From Dehalococcoidia bacterium (GTDB lineage: Bacteria; Chloroflexota; Dehalococcoidia; UBA2979), in assembly GCA_965226785.1 (NCBI GenBank), contig CBDDEC010000004.1, positions 66,998-130,997 on the forward strand: a DNA stretch of 64,000 nt. Reading direction: 5' to 3'. The translations under genes were made by a program, and so were the position numbers. The notes beneath the pieces were generated by a model. The model worked only from the letters and a program-made list of their open reading frames with translations, was not told where the DNA came from and made no database searches. This document shows, in pieces, positions 1 through 9,373 of this stretch (positions are counted from its first letter, which is position 1; each line of letters begins with the position of its first letter).

Positions 1-377
1 GTCAGCCACTGCTTCGCCTCGTCGAGCGGCAGATCGGCGAGGAACTCGAGGTCGAGGTCGGGCCGCCGCTCGTAGACCTCGCCCAGCATCGCCTGCAGCC
101 GCTTCGCCTTGGTCGGCGCGAGCCCGCCGGGACGGATCGCGTCCTCGACGTCCTCGACGGGCGCGTGCATCACCTCGAGCGGTGTCGGGAAGCGCTCGAC
201 GAGGCGGTGCATGGCGTGGCCGGAGTTGTGGTCCGAGGTGTGCTGCGAGAGCAGCGTCAGCACTAGTTCGAAGATCGGATCGTGAGAGGGCTGCTGCGGC
301 GTCCGCCCATACTGCTCGTCGAGCACCTCGATCAGCTCGGTGGGCGTCCAGTGTGGCGGGGCCTTGGTTCGGGGCAT
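1..377 (-). CDS. Endonuclease III / HhH-GPD family DNA glycosylase, N-terminal part (gene runs off the window start)
   Basis: My own translation from ATG at 377 gives MPRTKAPPHWTPTELIEVLDEQYGRTPQQPSHDPIFELVLTLLSQHTSDHNSGHAMHRLVERFPTPLEVMHAPVEDVEDAIRPGGLAPTKAKRLQAML... This is the typical Nth-like helix-hairpin-helix layout. It is absent from the ORF track because it is truncated by the window edge. Confidence 0.7.
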   Translation of the reverse strand, partial: MPRTKAPPHWTPTELIEVLDEQYGRTPQQPSHDPIFELVLTLLSQHTSDHNSGHAMHRLVERFPTPLEVMHAPVEDVEDAIRPGGLAPTKAKRLQAMLGEVYERRPDLDLEFLADLPLDEAKQWL

Positions 378-395
378 GTCGCGATCGTAGCAGCG

Positions 396-436
396 GGTTG
401 CGGTGCAACCGTTGGGTTGCTATAACTGAGGCAACC
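396..436. promoter_or_regulatory. Candidate ArsR-type operator: two inverted repeats GGTTGC..GCAACC (spacers of 3 and 10 nt) in a divergent promoter region
   Basis: GGTTGCggtGCAACC lies at 396-410 and GGTTGCtataactgagGCAACC at 415-436, directly upstream of the SRPBCC-arsR pair. Confidence 0.4.
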
Positions 437-461
437 AAACAGTTGCGAAGGGGTGACGAGC

Positions 462-920
462 ATGGCAGTCAGCGATGTGATCGAGCGCGAGGTGGTACTG
501 CCATCGACGCGGAGCGAGGTATGGGCGGCGCTCACGACTGCGGAGGGGCTCGCCGGGTGGTGGTGGGACAGCGTGGAGATCGACCTTCGCCCAGGCGGAG
601 CCATTTCGTTCGGGTATGGACAGGACGCCTACCCGGCTCAGGTGGAAGCGGTCGAGCCGGAAGAGCGCTACGTCTTCACCTGGCGTCCTTTCCAGAAGGA
701 CGAGGGGGCGGACGATGTCCCAGAGCTGACGACCCGGGTGGAATTTCGGCTGGAGGACCATCCGGAGGGAACGCTCCTGAAGCTCAGCGAGACCGGCTTT
801 GCGGCGCTTCCGGAGGCGCTCGCTGCGCGCACGCTGCACCTCAACGAGTCGGGATGGGACGAGGAGCTCGGGCATCTCGGCACCTACGTCACGAGCGGCG
901 AACCTGTGGTCCGCACGTGA
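462..920 (+). CDS. SRPBCC / Aha1-like (activator of Hsp90 ATPase homolog) domain protein
   Basis: ORF 453-920. ATG 462 follows the SD gaagggg. The pattern EREVVLPSTRSEVWAALTTAEGLAGWW...RYVFTW...TRVEFRLE is typical of the family, which usually pairs with ArsR. Confidence 0.7.
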   Translation: MAVSDVIEREVVLPSTRSEVWAALTTAEGLAGWWWDSVEIDLRPGGAISFGYGQDAYPAQVEAVEPEERYVFTWRPFQKDEGADDVPELTTRVEFRLEDHPEGTLLKLSETGFAALPEALAARTLHLNESGWDEELGHLGTYVTSGEPVVRT

Positions 921-1246
921 ACACCGCCGAGGCCAGCGAGCTCTTCCGCGCCCTCGGCGATCCGCGACGCCTGGAGTTGCTTGAGCAGCTCGGGGCGGGA
1001 GGCCCAGCGACCGTGACGACGCTCGCCGAGCGCCTCCCGATCACTCGCCAGGGCGTGTCGAAGCATATCGCGGTGCTCGCTCAGGTGAGGCTCGTGGACA
1101 GCGAACCTCGAGGCCGCGCCGTGCTCCACTCGGTTCGTCCGGACGTGTTGGCCGAGGCTGCGACCTGGCTCGATCGAGCCGGCGCCGGATGGGACACGCG
1201 GCTGGCACGGCTGCGCGCGCATCTCGAGGGCGACAGCAGCGTGTGA
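917..1246 (+). CDS. ArsR/SmtB family transcriptional regulator
   Basis: GTG 917 overlaps the upstream stop (GTGA). FRALGDPRRLELLEQLGAGGPATVTTLAERLPITRQGVSKHIAVL is a winged-HTH ArsR signature. Only the C-terminal third of track ORF 182-1246 looks coding. Confidence 0.8.
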   Translation: MNTAEASELFRALGDPRRLELLEQLGAGGPATVTTLAERLPITRQGVSKHIAVLAQVRLVDSEPRGRAVLHSVRPDVLAEAATWLDRAGAGWDTRLARLRAHLEGDSSV

Positions 1247-1294
1247 CCTCGGGCGCGTATGAGACGATGCGTGCACGCAGTGAGGGGAGCCGCG

Positions 1295-2350
1295 ATGACG
1301 CGCGAAGAGATCGTCCGCCTGACGGATCTCGCGTCCTGCGCCGGGTGAGCGGGGAAGATGGGTCTCGCGACCCTGGCGCAGGTCTTGCGCCCCCTGCACG
1401 ACGCCTTCCGGCCTGAACAGCATCCTCAGTTGCTGGTGGGTCTGCACGGCGCGGATGACGCGGCCGTTTACCAGATCACCGAAGATCTAGCGCTGATCCA
1501 GACGCTCGATTTCTTCCCGCCTGTGGTCGACGATCCGTTCACCTACGGCCAGATCGCGGCGGCCAACGCGATGTCCGACATCTACGCGATGGGTGGCGAG
1601 GTTCAGCTCGCGCTCAACATCGCCGCCTTCCCCGACGACCTCGACCCCGCGATGCTCGCCGAGATTTTCCGCGGCGGCGCCGACAAAGTCTCCGAGGCCG
1701 GTGGCGTCATCGCCGGCGGCCACACCATCTTCGACCGCGAGCCGAAGTACGGCCTCTCCGTCACCGGCATCGTGCACCCCGACGCCATCATCACCACGGC
1801 CGGGGCGCAGCCCGGCGATGTGCTGGTGTTGACGAAGCCGATCGGTACGGGCGTCCTGCTGACGGCCATGAAGCAGCAACGCGAGGGCGCGCAGCCCGGC
1901 TTCGACGCCGCGGTCGCGATGATGCTCGAGCTCAACCGCCACACCGCACACCTCGCGCGGGCGGCGGGCGTGCACGCCATGACCGACGTCACAGGCTTCG
2001 GCCTCCTGGGCCACGCGATGGAGGTCGCTGACCGCGGCGGCGTGGCCGTGGAGATCGACGCCGCAGCGGTGCCGCTGCTGCCAGATGCTCTGCGTTTCGC
2101 CGAGGAGGGCGCCATCACCGGCGGCGGCGGGCGCAACCTCGAACAGCTCGGTGATCGTGTGCACCGTGCGGACGAGATCGCGACGCCACTGCTGGACTTG
2201 CTGTACGACCCGCAGACCTCGGGCGGCCTGCTGATGGCCATCGCGGAGTCGGACGCGCCTGCGCTCTGCGCGAGCGTTGAGTCGGAGCGCGGCGGCTGCT
2301 GGATCGTCGGTCGGGTCGTCGCGGGCGAGCCGGCGGTCCTGGTGCGCTGA
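1295..2350 (+). CDS. selD: Selenide, water dikinase SelD, selenocysteine-containing (in-frame TGA at 1346-1348)
   Basis: Track ORF 1358-2350 is clearly SelD (AIR-synthase-like fold, DDAAVY, DFFPP, GGHT). The frame continues upstream from ATG 1295 (SD gaggggag) as MTREEIVRLTDLASCAG-TGA-AGKMG. This aligns with E. coli RLTQYSHGAGCGCK, placing TGA at Cys17 and the K at Lys20. Confidence 0.85.
1360..1391 (+). other. Candidate SECIS: two adjacent hairpins 12-45 nt downstream of the selD UGA
   Basis: GGGTC-tcgc-GACCC lies at 1360-1373 and GGCGCA-ggtct-TGCGCC at 1375-1391. The second has a GGU-containing apical loop. Confidence 0.4.
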
Positions 2351-3051
2351 TGCGCTGGTTGCTGACGGCCGTGGCAGTCCTTGCGGTAGGCGCCGCCGCC
2401 TGCGGTGGCGGCGGCGGCGACAGTACGCCCGGCCCGACGCCCACGCCGATCGACCCCGTGGCGCTGCTCGAACGCGCCGCGATTCGCATGGAGGGCGTTG
2501 CGGCGTTCCGCTTCGAACTCAACCACGCGAACGGCACGAGCGAGATCGTGCTGGGCATCCAGATGGAACACGCCGAGGGCGCCGTGGCCGGTCCGGAGCG
2601 CCTCGAGGTGGAGGTCAAGGGCAAGTTCCTGTCATTCAATGTCGAGGTCGGCGTGGTGATCCTGCCGGACGAGTCGTTCCTGCGCAGCCCGATCACCGGC
2701 AACTGGGAGCGCGAGAACGTCAACATCGATGCGTTCTTCGATCCTGCCAACGGTGTCACGGCCCTCATGCGCACCATCGAAGGAGCCGTGATTACGGGCA
2801 CAGAGCGCATCGACGGCGTCGAGGTGGTGCGGCTGCGCGCTTCGATCGACGCCGGCGAGCTGACGCTGTTCGGTGAGAACACGCTGGCGGGAGAGATGGT
2901 GGACGCCGAGGTTTGGATCGGTCTGGACGACCCGCTGGTGTACCGCCTCGAGCTGGATGGGCCCGTGTTGTTCAACGACAACGACGACATCCGACGGCGT
3001 CTCGACCTGTCCGACTTCGACGGTGACATCGTGATCGAGGCGCCGAGGTAG
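2350..3051 (+). CDS. LppX/LprAFG-family (LprG-like) lipoprotein
   Basis: Signal peptide plus lipobox LAVGAAAC-GGGGG. The length and beta-rich pattern resemble LprG. The ATG overlaps the selD stop by 1 nt (TGATG). Confidence 0.6.
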   Translation: MRWLLTAVAVLAVGAAACGGGGGDSTPGPTPTPIDPVALLERAAIRMEGVAAFRFELNHANGTSEIVLGIQMEHAEGAVAGPERLEVEVKGKFLSFNVEVGVVILPDESFLRSPITGNWERENVNIDAFFDPANGVTALMRTIEGAVITGTERIDGVEVVRLRASIDAGELTLFGENTLAGEMVDAEVWIGLDDPLVYRLELDGPVLFNDNDDIRRRLDLSDFDGDIVIEAPR

Positions 3052-3052
3052 C

Positions 3053-4519
3053 GTGGCAACCGCGGTCCCGAGCGCCGTCTCATCGCAGCGCTGGCTGCTG
3101 GCGGCGGTCGCCGGCGGTGTCTTCATCGCGGCCGACGACCAGACCTCGATCGTCGCGGTGCTGCCGCCGATCATCAACGACCTCGGCATCACGGTGGACA
3201 ACTTCTACCGTTCGAGCTGGGTGATCAACGGCTACCTGCTGGGCTACATCATCGCGTTGCCCGTACTCGGACGCGTGGCCGATGTCTACGGTCGGCGGCG
3301 CATCTTCGCCGCCGCGCTCGGCGTGTTCATGGTCGGCAGCGCCGCTGTCGCGCTGGCGCCGACGTTCGAGGTGCTCGTCGTGTCGAGGGCGCTGCAGGCG
3401 ATCGGAGGTGGTGGCGTCGTGCCGGTTGCACTCGCCATCGTCGTCGACGAGTTGCCGCCGCCGCGACGGCTGTTTGGCCTCGGCGCGATCGCGGCGGCGT
3501 CCGAGGCTGGCGCGCTGCTCGGGCCGCTCTGGGGTGGGGCGATCGCCGACTGGATCGACTGGCGGGCGGTGTTCTGGATCAACCTGCCTATGGCAGTCGT
3601 GCCGTTGCTGATGGTCTGGCGTCGAGGCGAACCTAGGCGCCGCGGCGAGCCAATCGACTGGTCGGGCGCGGCGATCCTGACGCTGACGCTGGCCACGCTC
3701 GTGGTCGCGCTGGTCGATGATCCGAACGATCGACGGCCGCCCGCTGCCACCATTGGGCTGGTCGCGCTGGCGGTGGCGGGCGGCGCGCTCTTCCTCGTGC
3801 GGGAGCGTCGTGCCGTGGCGCCGATGATTCGCCTCTCGATGTTCCGCGAGCGAGGGATCGCAGCAGCCAACGCGGCCAGCGTGCTGCTGGGCATCGGGCT
3901 GATCGGCGTGCTGATCACCGTGCCGCTGTTCGTCAACCTCGTGCTGGCCGACAACCCGATCGACGGCGGCCTGACGCTGCTGCGCTTGACCGCGGGCGTG
4001 CCGGTGGGGGCGCTGCTCGGTGGCTGGCTCGCGTCGAGGGCTGGTCTGCGCGTCACGGCGACGGCCGGGTTGCTGCTCGCCTCGGTGGGTGCGCTGGGGA
4101 TGCTGTCGTGGGAGGTGGAGCTCGGCGAGGTCGCGCGCACGCTGCCGCTGGCGATCGGCGGCTTCGGCTTCGGCCTCGTGATCGCTCCGCTCGGCGCCGC
4201 GGTGCTGCTCCACGTGGGCGAGGGTGAGCGCGCGACCGCCTCCGGCTGGCTCACGCTCTCGCGCGTCTCCGGCATGCTCATCGGCACAGCACTGCTGACC
4301 TCGACGGGGCTGGGGCGCTTCTACGGCCGCGCTGGGGAGATCGCGTTCGACTCGCCGGAGTTCAACGATCTGATCCGCGCGGCGCAGGTCGAGACGTTCC
4401 ACGAGGTCTTCGTCGCGATCGCGATCATCCTCGCCGCTGCCGCGGCCATCTCGACGCTGCTCCCGCGGCACACGCGGGATGAACGCGAGGTAGCAGACCC
4501 GTGGTGGACCGTGAGCTGA
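3053..4519 (+). CDS. MFS transporter (drug:H+ antiporter type, P55/Rv1410c-like position next to the LprG-like gene)
   Basis: 488 aa polytopic protein with the MFS motif GRVADVYGRRRIF. The GTG start is 1 nt after the lipoprotein stop. Confidence 0.85.
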   Translation: MATAVPSAVSSQRWLLAAVAGGVFIAADDQTSIVAVLPPIINDLGITVDNFYRSSWVINGYLLGYIIALPVLGRVADVYGRRRIFAAALGVFMVGSAAVALAPTFEVLVVSRALQAIGGGGVVPVALAIVVDELPPPRRLFGLGAIAAASEAGALLGPLWGGAIADWIDWRAVFWINLPMAVVPLLMVWRRGEPRRRGEPIDWSGAAILTLTLATLVVALVDDPNDRRPPAATIGLVALAVAGGALFLVRERRAVAPMIRLSMFRERGIAAANAASVLLGIGLIGVLITVPLFVNLVLADNPIDGGLTLLRLTAGVPVGALLGGWLASRAGLRVTATAGLLLASVGALGMLSWEVELGEVARTLPLAIGGFGFGLVIAPLGAAVLLHVGEGERATASGWLTLSRVSGMLIGTALLTSTGLGRFYGRAGEIAFDSPEFNDLIRAAQVETFHEVFVAIAIILAAAAAISTLLPRHTRDEREVADPWWTVS

Positions 4520-4522
4520 GCG

Positions 4523-4936
4523 CTAGAGCCCGAGGAGCGAACGGAGGCCGCCCTGCTGGCGGTGGCGACCCTCCTTCGTGACGGCGGCCGCTTCGAGGCC
4601 CGTCGCTGCGCCGTAGGTGATGCCGTGGCGGTCGAGGAAGATCTCGACCTGGCCCGGGTTCGGCTCGGTGAGCATGATTCCTCGGTCGTAGCCACGAGGG
4701 CTGCGGCCTGCGGGGAGCGGCTTCGGTTCCTCGATCGGGTCGAAGCTATCGTCGGCCGCGATCACGAGCGTAGGCACCGACTCGTGGCCGGTCCAGCGCG
4801 TGACCTTCTCCCACGCCTCGTCGTCGGCGTCGATGTCGAACTCGATGTACTCGAGGGGATTCGAGGCGATCCAACGCTCCCAGCGCATCATGTCCGGGCA
4901 GAACGAAGAGCGTCCGTAGACCACGAGTCTCGCCAC
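4523..4936 (-). CDS. Glutaredoxin-like / thioredoxin-fold protein (monothiol CPDM) with a C-terminal extension
   Basis: VARLVVYGRSSFCPDMMRWERWI...YIEFDIDADDEA...SVPTLVI. I prefer GTG 4936 (SD aggggga) over the TTG at 4960 used by the track. Confidence 0.6.
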   Translation of the reverse strand: MARLVVYGRSSFCPDMMRWERWIASNPLEYIEFDIDADDEAWEKVTRWTGHESVPTLVIAADDSFDPIEEPKPLPAGRSPRGYDRGIMLTEPNPGQVEIFLDRHGITYGAATGLEAAAVTKEGRHRQQGGLRSLLGL

Positions 4937-5035
4937 AGGTCCCCCTGAACGACGGGGCAAGATCCCCTCGCCGCTGCCGCCAACGTAGCGGCATGCCGTG
5001 CGAGGTCTGTGAGCCTCCGTACGCCGCGGGCGTGG

Positions 5036-5491
5036 CTAGTCCCGCTCGCGGCTCCAGAGCGTCTCGAAGCCCTCGCCGCCGTTGATCGCGTCGAGGGTGT
5101 GCTGTGCCTCACGCCAGCGCAGGTCCGCGAGCGCGCGTTCGACGTCCTCGGTGACGTCGATGCCCTGCTCGAAACGGATCCGCTCCACCGCCGCCGCCAG
5201 CACCGGCGCGTCGCCGAGGAACTGGGTCGAGTGTGGCCAGACGAAGAAGAGGAAGCCCTCCGGCGGCGGCAGCCCGGGGCGGCGGGTGTTCAGCCACTCG
5301 ATGCGCTCATAGGCGCCGGCGAGAGGCTCCACTACCTCGACGAGCGGCACGGTGTGCTCGTCCTCGCGGAGGTCGACGAGCAGCCGCTCGGCGCAGAACG
5401 GGAAGCCGAGCACGAAGATGTCGGCGCTCGACACCGCCTCGACCGCGGAGTCGAGGTCCAGTCCGATGCCGTTGTCTCCGTAGACCGTCAC
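5036..5491 (-). CDS. Hypothetical protein
   Basis: 151 aa ORF with high GC3 and balanced composition. No family recognised. Confidence 0.55.
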   Translation of the reverse strand: MTVYGDNGIGLDLDSAVEAVSSADIFVLGFPFCAERLLVDLREDEHTVPLVEVVEPLAGAYERIEWLNTRRPGLPPPEGFLFFVWPHSTQFLGDAPVLAAAVERIRFEQGIDVTEDVERALADLRWREAQHTLDAINGGEGFETLWSRERD

Positions 5492-5516
5492 CTGTCGTTC
5501 CCCGTCCGGTGACTAC

Positions 5517-5542
5517 GAAGGGGCCGGTTGTCCGGCCCCTTC
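5517..5542 (-). terminator. Stem-loop downstream of groEL (11-bp perfect stem, 4-nt loop)
   Basis: GAAGGGGCCGG-ttgt-CCGGCCCCTTC, 30 nt after the groEL stop. There is no U-tract, which is common in high-GC genomes. Confidence 0.6.
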
Positions 5543-5571
5543 GATTGTATCGATCAACCTCGAGTGGCCGC

Positions 5572-7269
<1,698 letters not shown>

Positions 7270-7273
7270 TCAA

Positions 7274-7300
7274 TTAGCACTCTCTGAAGCTGAGTGCTAA
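7274..7300 (-). promoter_or_regulatory. CIRCE element (HrcA operator), perfect consensus
   Basis: TTAGCACTC-tctgaagct-GAGTGCTAA matches the TTAGCACTC-N9-GAGTGCTAA consensus exactly, 80 nt upstream of the groEL ATG. Confidence 0.95.
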
Positions 7301-7302
7301 TG

Positions 7303-7331
7303 GTTGTACAGAACTACCGAGCGAGGCGCAA
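7303..7331 (-). promoter_or_regulatory. Putative groEL promoter (-35 TTGCGC, 17 nt spacer, -10 TACAAC) abutting CIRCE
   Basis: The minus strand reads TTGCGC-ctcgctcggtagttctg-TACAAC immediately upstream of CIRCE. Confidence 0.45.
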
Positions 7332-7353
7332 GGCCCCGCGGTATCTTTCTCCG

Positions 7354-7950
7354 TTATACCTGGTCGGCAGCCCCCTGATCCGAGGCTCGCCAGACCCGCT
7401 CGCAGCGCTCGATCCGTCCGATTCGGCGAGGTGGCCAGTACCGCCAGACAGCCTCGCCGACGATGCGCTGGGCGTCGATCGCGCCAAAGTCCCGGCTGTC
7501 GGTGCTCTCTGCGCGTGAGTCGCCGAGGACGAAGTAGTGTCCGCCCGGTACACCGTGCACACCGCGATAGTTCGACTCTGGCGCCACGCCTCGCCGGTAT
7601 GGCTCCTCTAGCTCGCGCCCGTTGATCTCGACGGCGGCGCCCACGCGCAGCATTTCGCCCTCGAGCCCGACGATGCGCTTGAGCATCAGCTCCGGCCTCG
7701 GCCCGACACCAGCCGTCGTGGGCGCAGGCGGCGCTGCGAAGGCCACGACCGCGCCCGCCGCCCGATCCCGTACTGGGACGCCGAGGCGCACCAACACGAA
7801 GTCGCCGGGCGCGAGACCGGGCTGCATCGAATCGCCCGCCACCTCGACGCGGCGCAGGCGGCGTCGGGCGGCGGCTACGAGCAGTGAACCGATCGCTGCC
7901 AGGGCGAGCGCGGCCGCGACGGGCCATCCAGCCGGCCGCGGCCTGTTCAT
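7354..7950 (-). CDS. sodX: S26 signal-peptidase-like protease, probable Ni-SOD maturation peptidase SodX
   Basis: GDSMQPGL (catalytic Ser) and YFVLGDSRAESTDSRDFG boxes. The gene lies directly downstream of sodN. Start taken at the internal ATG 7950 to avoid overlapping sodN. Confidence 0.65.
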   Translation of the reverse strand: MNRPRPAGWPVAAALALAAIGSLLVAAARRRLRRVEVAGDSMQPGLAPGDFVLVRLGVPVRDRAAGAVVAFAAPPAPTTAGVGPRPELMLKRIVGLEGEMLRVGAAVEINGRELEEPYRRGVAPESNYRGVHGVPGGHYFVLGDSRAESTDSRDFGAIDAQRIVGEAVWRYWPPRRIGRIERCERVWRASDQGAADQV

Positions 7951-7990
7951 GGTCAGCCGTGCGAGGGCAAGCGCACCCTCGAACGTGGGT

Positions 7991-8446
7991 CTAGCCCTGC
8001 TTCGTCGCCCAGAAGATCTCGGCGAACTCGTCAACGGCTCCGCGCAGTGCCTGCGCGTCGGCGACGTCAATGCCCTGCCGGCAGGCGCTGCCGAGTTGCA
8101 TGATGCGCCAGACCTTCTCGTGGATGTCGGGGTACGACTCGACGTGCGGCGGCTTGATGTAGTCGCCCCAGATCACCCGCACCTCACGCTTGACGAGCTC
8201 GGAGTGCTCCTCCTTGACGGCCACGTAGCGGGCGAAGGAATTGGCCTTCTCCGCGCTATCGATCTGACCGAGGTCGGCGATCAGGGTCATCATCTTCTCG
8301 ACGGTCTCGGCGCCGATCTGGGCGGCCTTCGGGTCGTAGATCCCGCAGGGGATGTCGCAATGCGCGTGCGCGACCGTCTGTGGGCGGATCAGCGACTCAA
8401 TCGCATGTCGGATGTTCAAGCGGATCTCCTCGGTCTGCGGATGCAT
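7991..8446 (-). CDS. sodN: Nickel superoxide dismutase precursor
   Basis: The Ni-hook HCDIPCGIYDP follows a 27-residue leader MHPQTEEIRLNIRHAIESLIRPQTVAHA. Total length from ATG 8446 is 151 aa. Confidence 0.9.
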   Translation of the reverse strand: MHPQTEEIRLNIRHAIESLIRPQTVAHAHCDIPCGIYDPKAAQIGAETVEKMMTLIADLGQIDSAEKANSFARYVAVKEEHSELVKREVRVIWGDYIKPPHVESYPDIHEKVWRIMQLGSACRQGIDVADAQALRGAVDEFAEIFWATKQG

Positions 8447-8543
8447 GGTTGGTCCTGTTCGCGGCCGCAGGCCACTGCCTCGGCGCGCGCCCGGCATGCT
8501 CGCGCGAGGCCGTCGAGGTGTCAACGCGCAACGGGCTGTGTGG

Positions 8544-9269
8544 CTAGCGAGCGTACGAGGTGAGCTCGACGCCGCCGGAGCGGCGGTCGGGGTCGTGCAG
8601 GCCTTCGTAGGGCGGGAACAGCGATTCCAGCTCGCGCCGGATCGGGTCACCTTCCGGGAGGTACGCGGAGAAGTCACCGTCGGGCTCGGGGCGTTCGCGC
8701 TGGCCGGTCACATCGTGATCTCGGATCTTGTCCTGCAGCATCATCAGGCCTTGCAGGAGCGACTCAGGGCGCGGCGGGCAGCCGGGGACGTAGACATCAA
8801 CGGGCGTAACCAGGTTCACGCCGGGCAGCACGCTGTAGGCGTAGGCGAACGGGCCGCCCATGATCGCGCAGCCGCCCATCGAGATGACCCAGCGCGGTTC
8901 GGCCATCTGCAGATAGATGCGGCGCACGACCGGCGCCATCTTCCAGGTCACCGTGCCGGCCACGATCATCAGGTCGGCCTGTCGGGGCGACGCGCGGAAG
9001 ACCTCCGACCCGAAGCGCGCGATGTCATACCTCGAGGTGGCGGTCGCGATCATTTCGATGGCGCAGCAGGCGAGGCCGAACATGGCCGGCCAGAGCGATG
9101 ATGATCGTGCCCAGTTGAGAATGCCGTCGACGGAGGTGACGAGGACGTTCTTCCGCAGCTCCTCCTCGAGGTCAATCGAGGCAAGGTCCTCGGGCATGCC
9201 AAGCAAGGGGTGTGCGACCTGTACGCCGGGGGTTCCGGTGCGTGGGTCCACGAGCGGTTGGTCAACCAT
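8544..9269 (-). CDS. NuoB-like (NADH:quinone oxidoreductase subunit B / complex I 20 kDa family) protein, orphan copy
   Basis: Cluster-N2 ligand motifs [20 protein letters not shown] and VPGCPPRPE are present. There is an extra C-terminal tail of about 70 aa, and no other nuo genes are nearby. Confidence 0.8.
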   Translation of the reverse strand: MVDQPLVDPRTGTPGVQVAHPLLGMPEDLASIDLEEELRKNVLVTSVDGILNWARSSSLWPAMFGLACCAIEMIATATSRYDIARFGSEVFRASPRQADLMIVAGTVTWKMAPVVRRIYLQMAEPRWVISMGGCAIMGGPFAYAYSVLPGVNLVTPVDVYVPGCPPRPESLLQGLMMLQDKIRDHDVTGQRERPEPDGDFSAYLPEGDPIRRELESLFPPYEGLHDPDRRSGGVELTSYAR

Positions 9270-9373
9270 GCTGCCCCCACTGGCGGCGCGCACGATGCGA
9301 ACGGATCGTGCAGTCCTTCACACGCCTGTCGCCGAAAGCGTAGCGACGCGCGGGGGCGACGGCAAACGGGGTG

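Noticed and set aside
182-1246. A track ORF of 354 aa spanning the SRPBCC gene region.
   Set aside because: Only the last 109 codons (from GTG 917) look like a protein, namely ArsR. The upstream part is the out-of-frame shadow of the SRPBCC gene and of intergenic DNA.
4881-4920. The glutaredoxin-like gene was checked for a hidden Sec, because its active site is CPDM instead of CxxC.
   Set aside because: The codon after CPD is ATG, not TGA. This is simply a monothiol variant.
8447-8543. A TTGACA hexamer upstream of sodN, considered as a promoter, and a search for a Nur-type box.
   Set aside because: No acceptable -10 lies at 16-19 nt spacing and there is no palindrome resembling a Fur-family site. 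The support is too weak to list as a feature.
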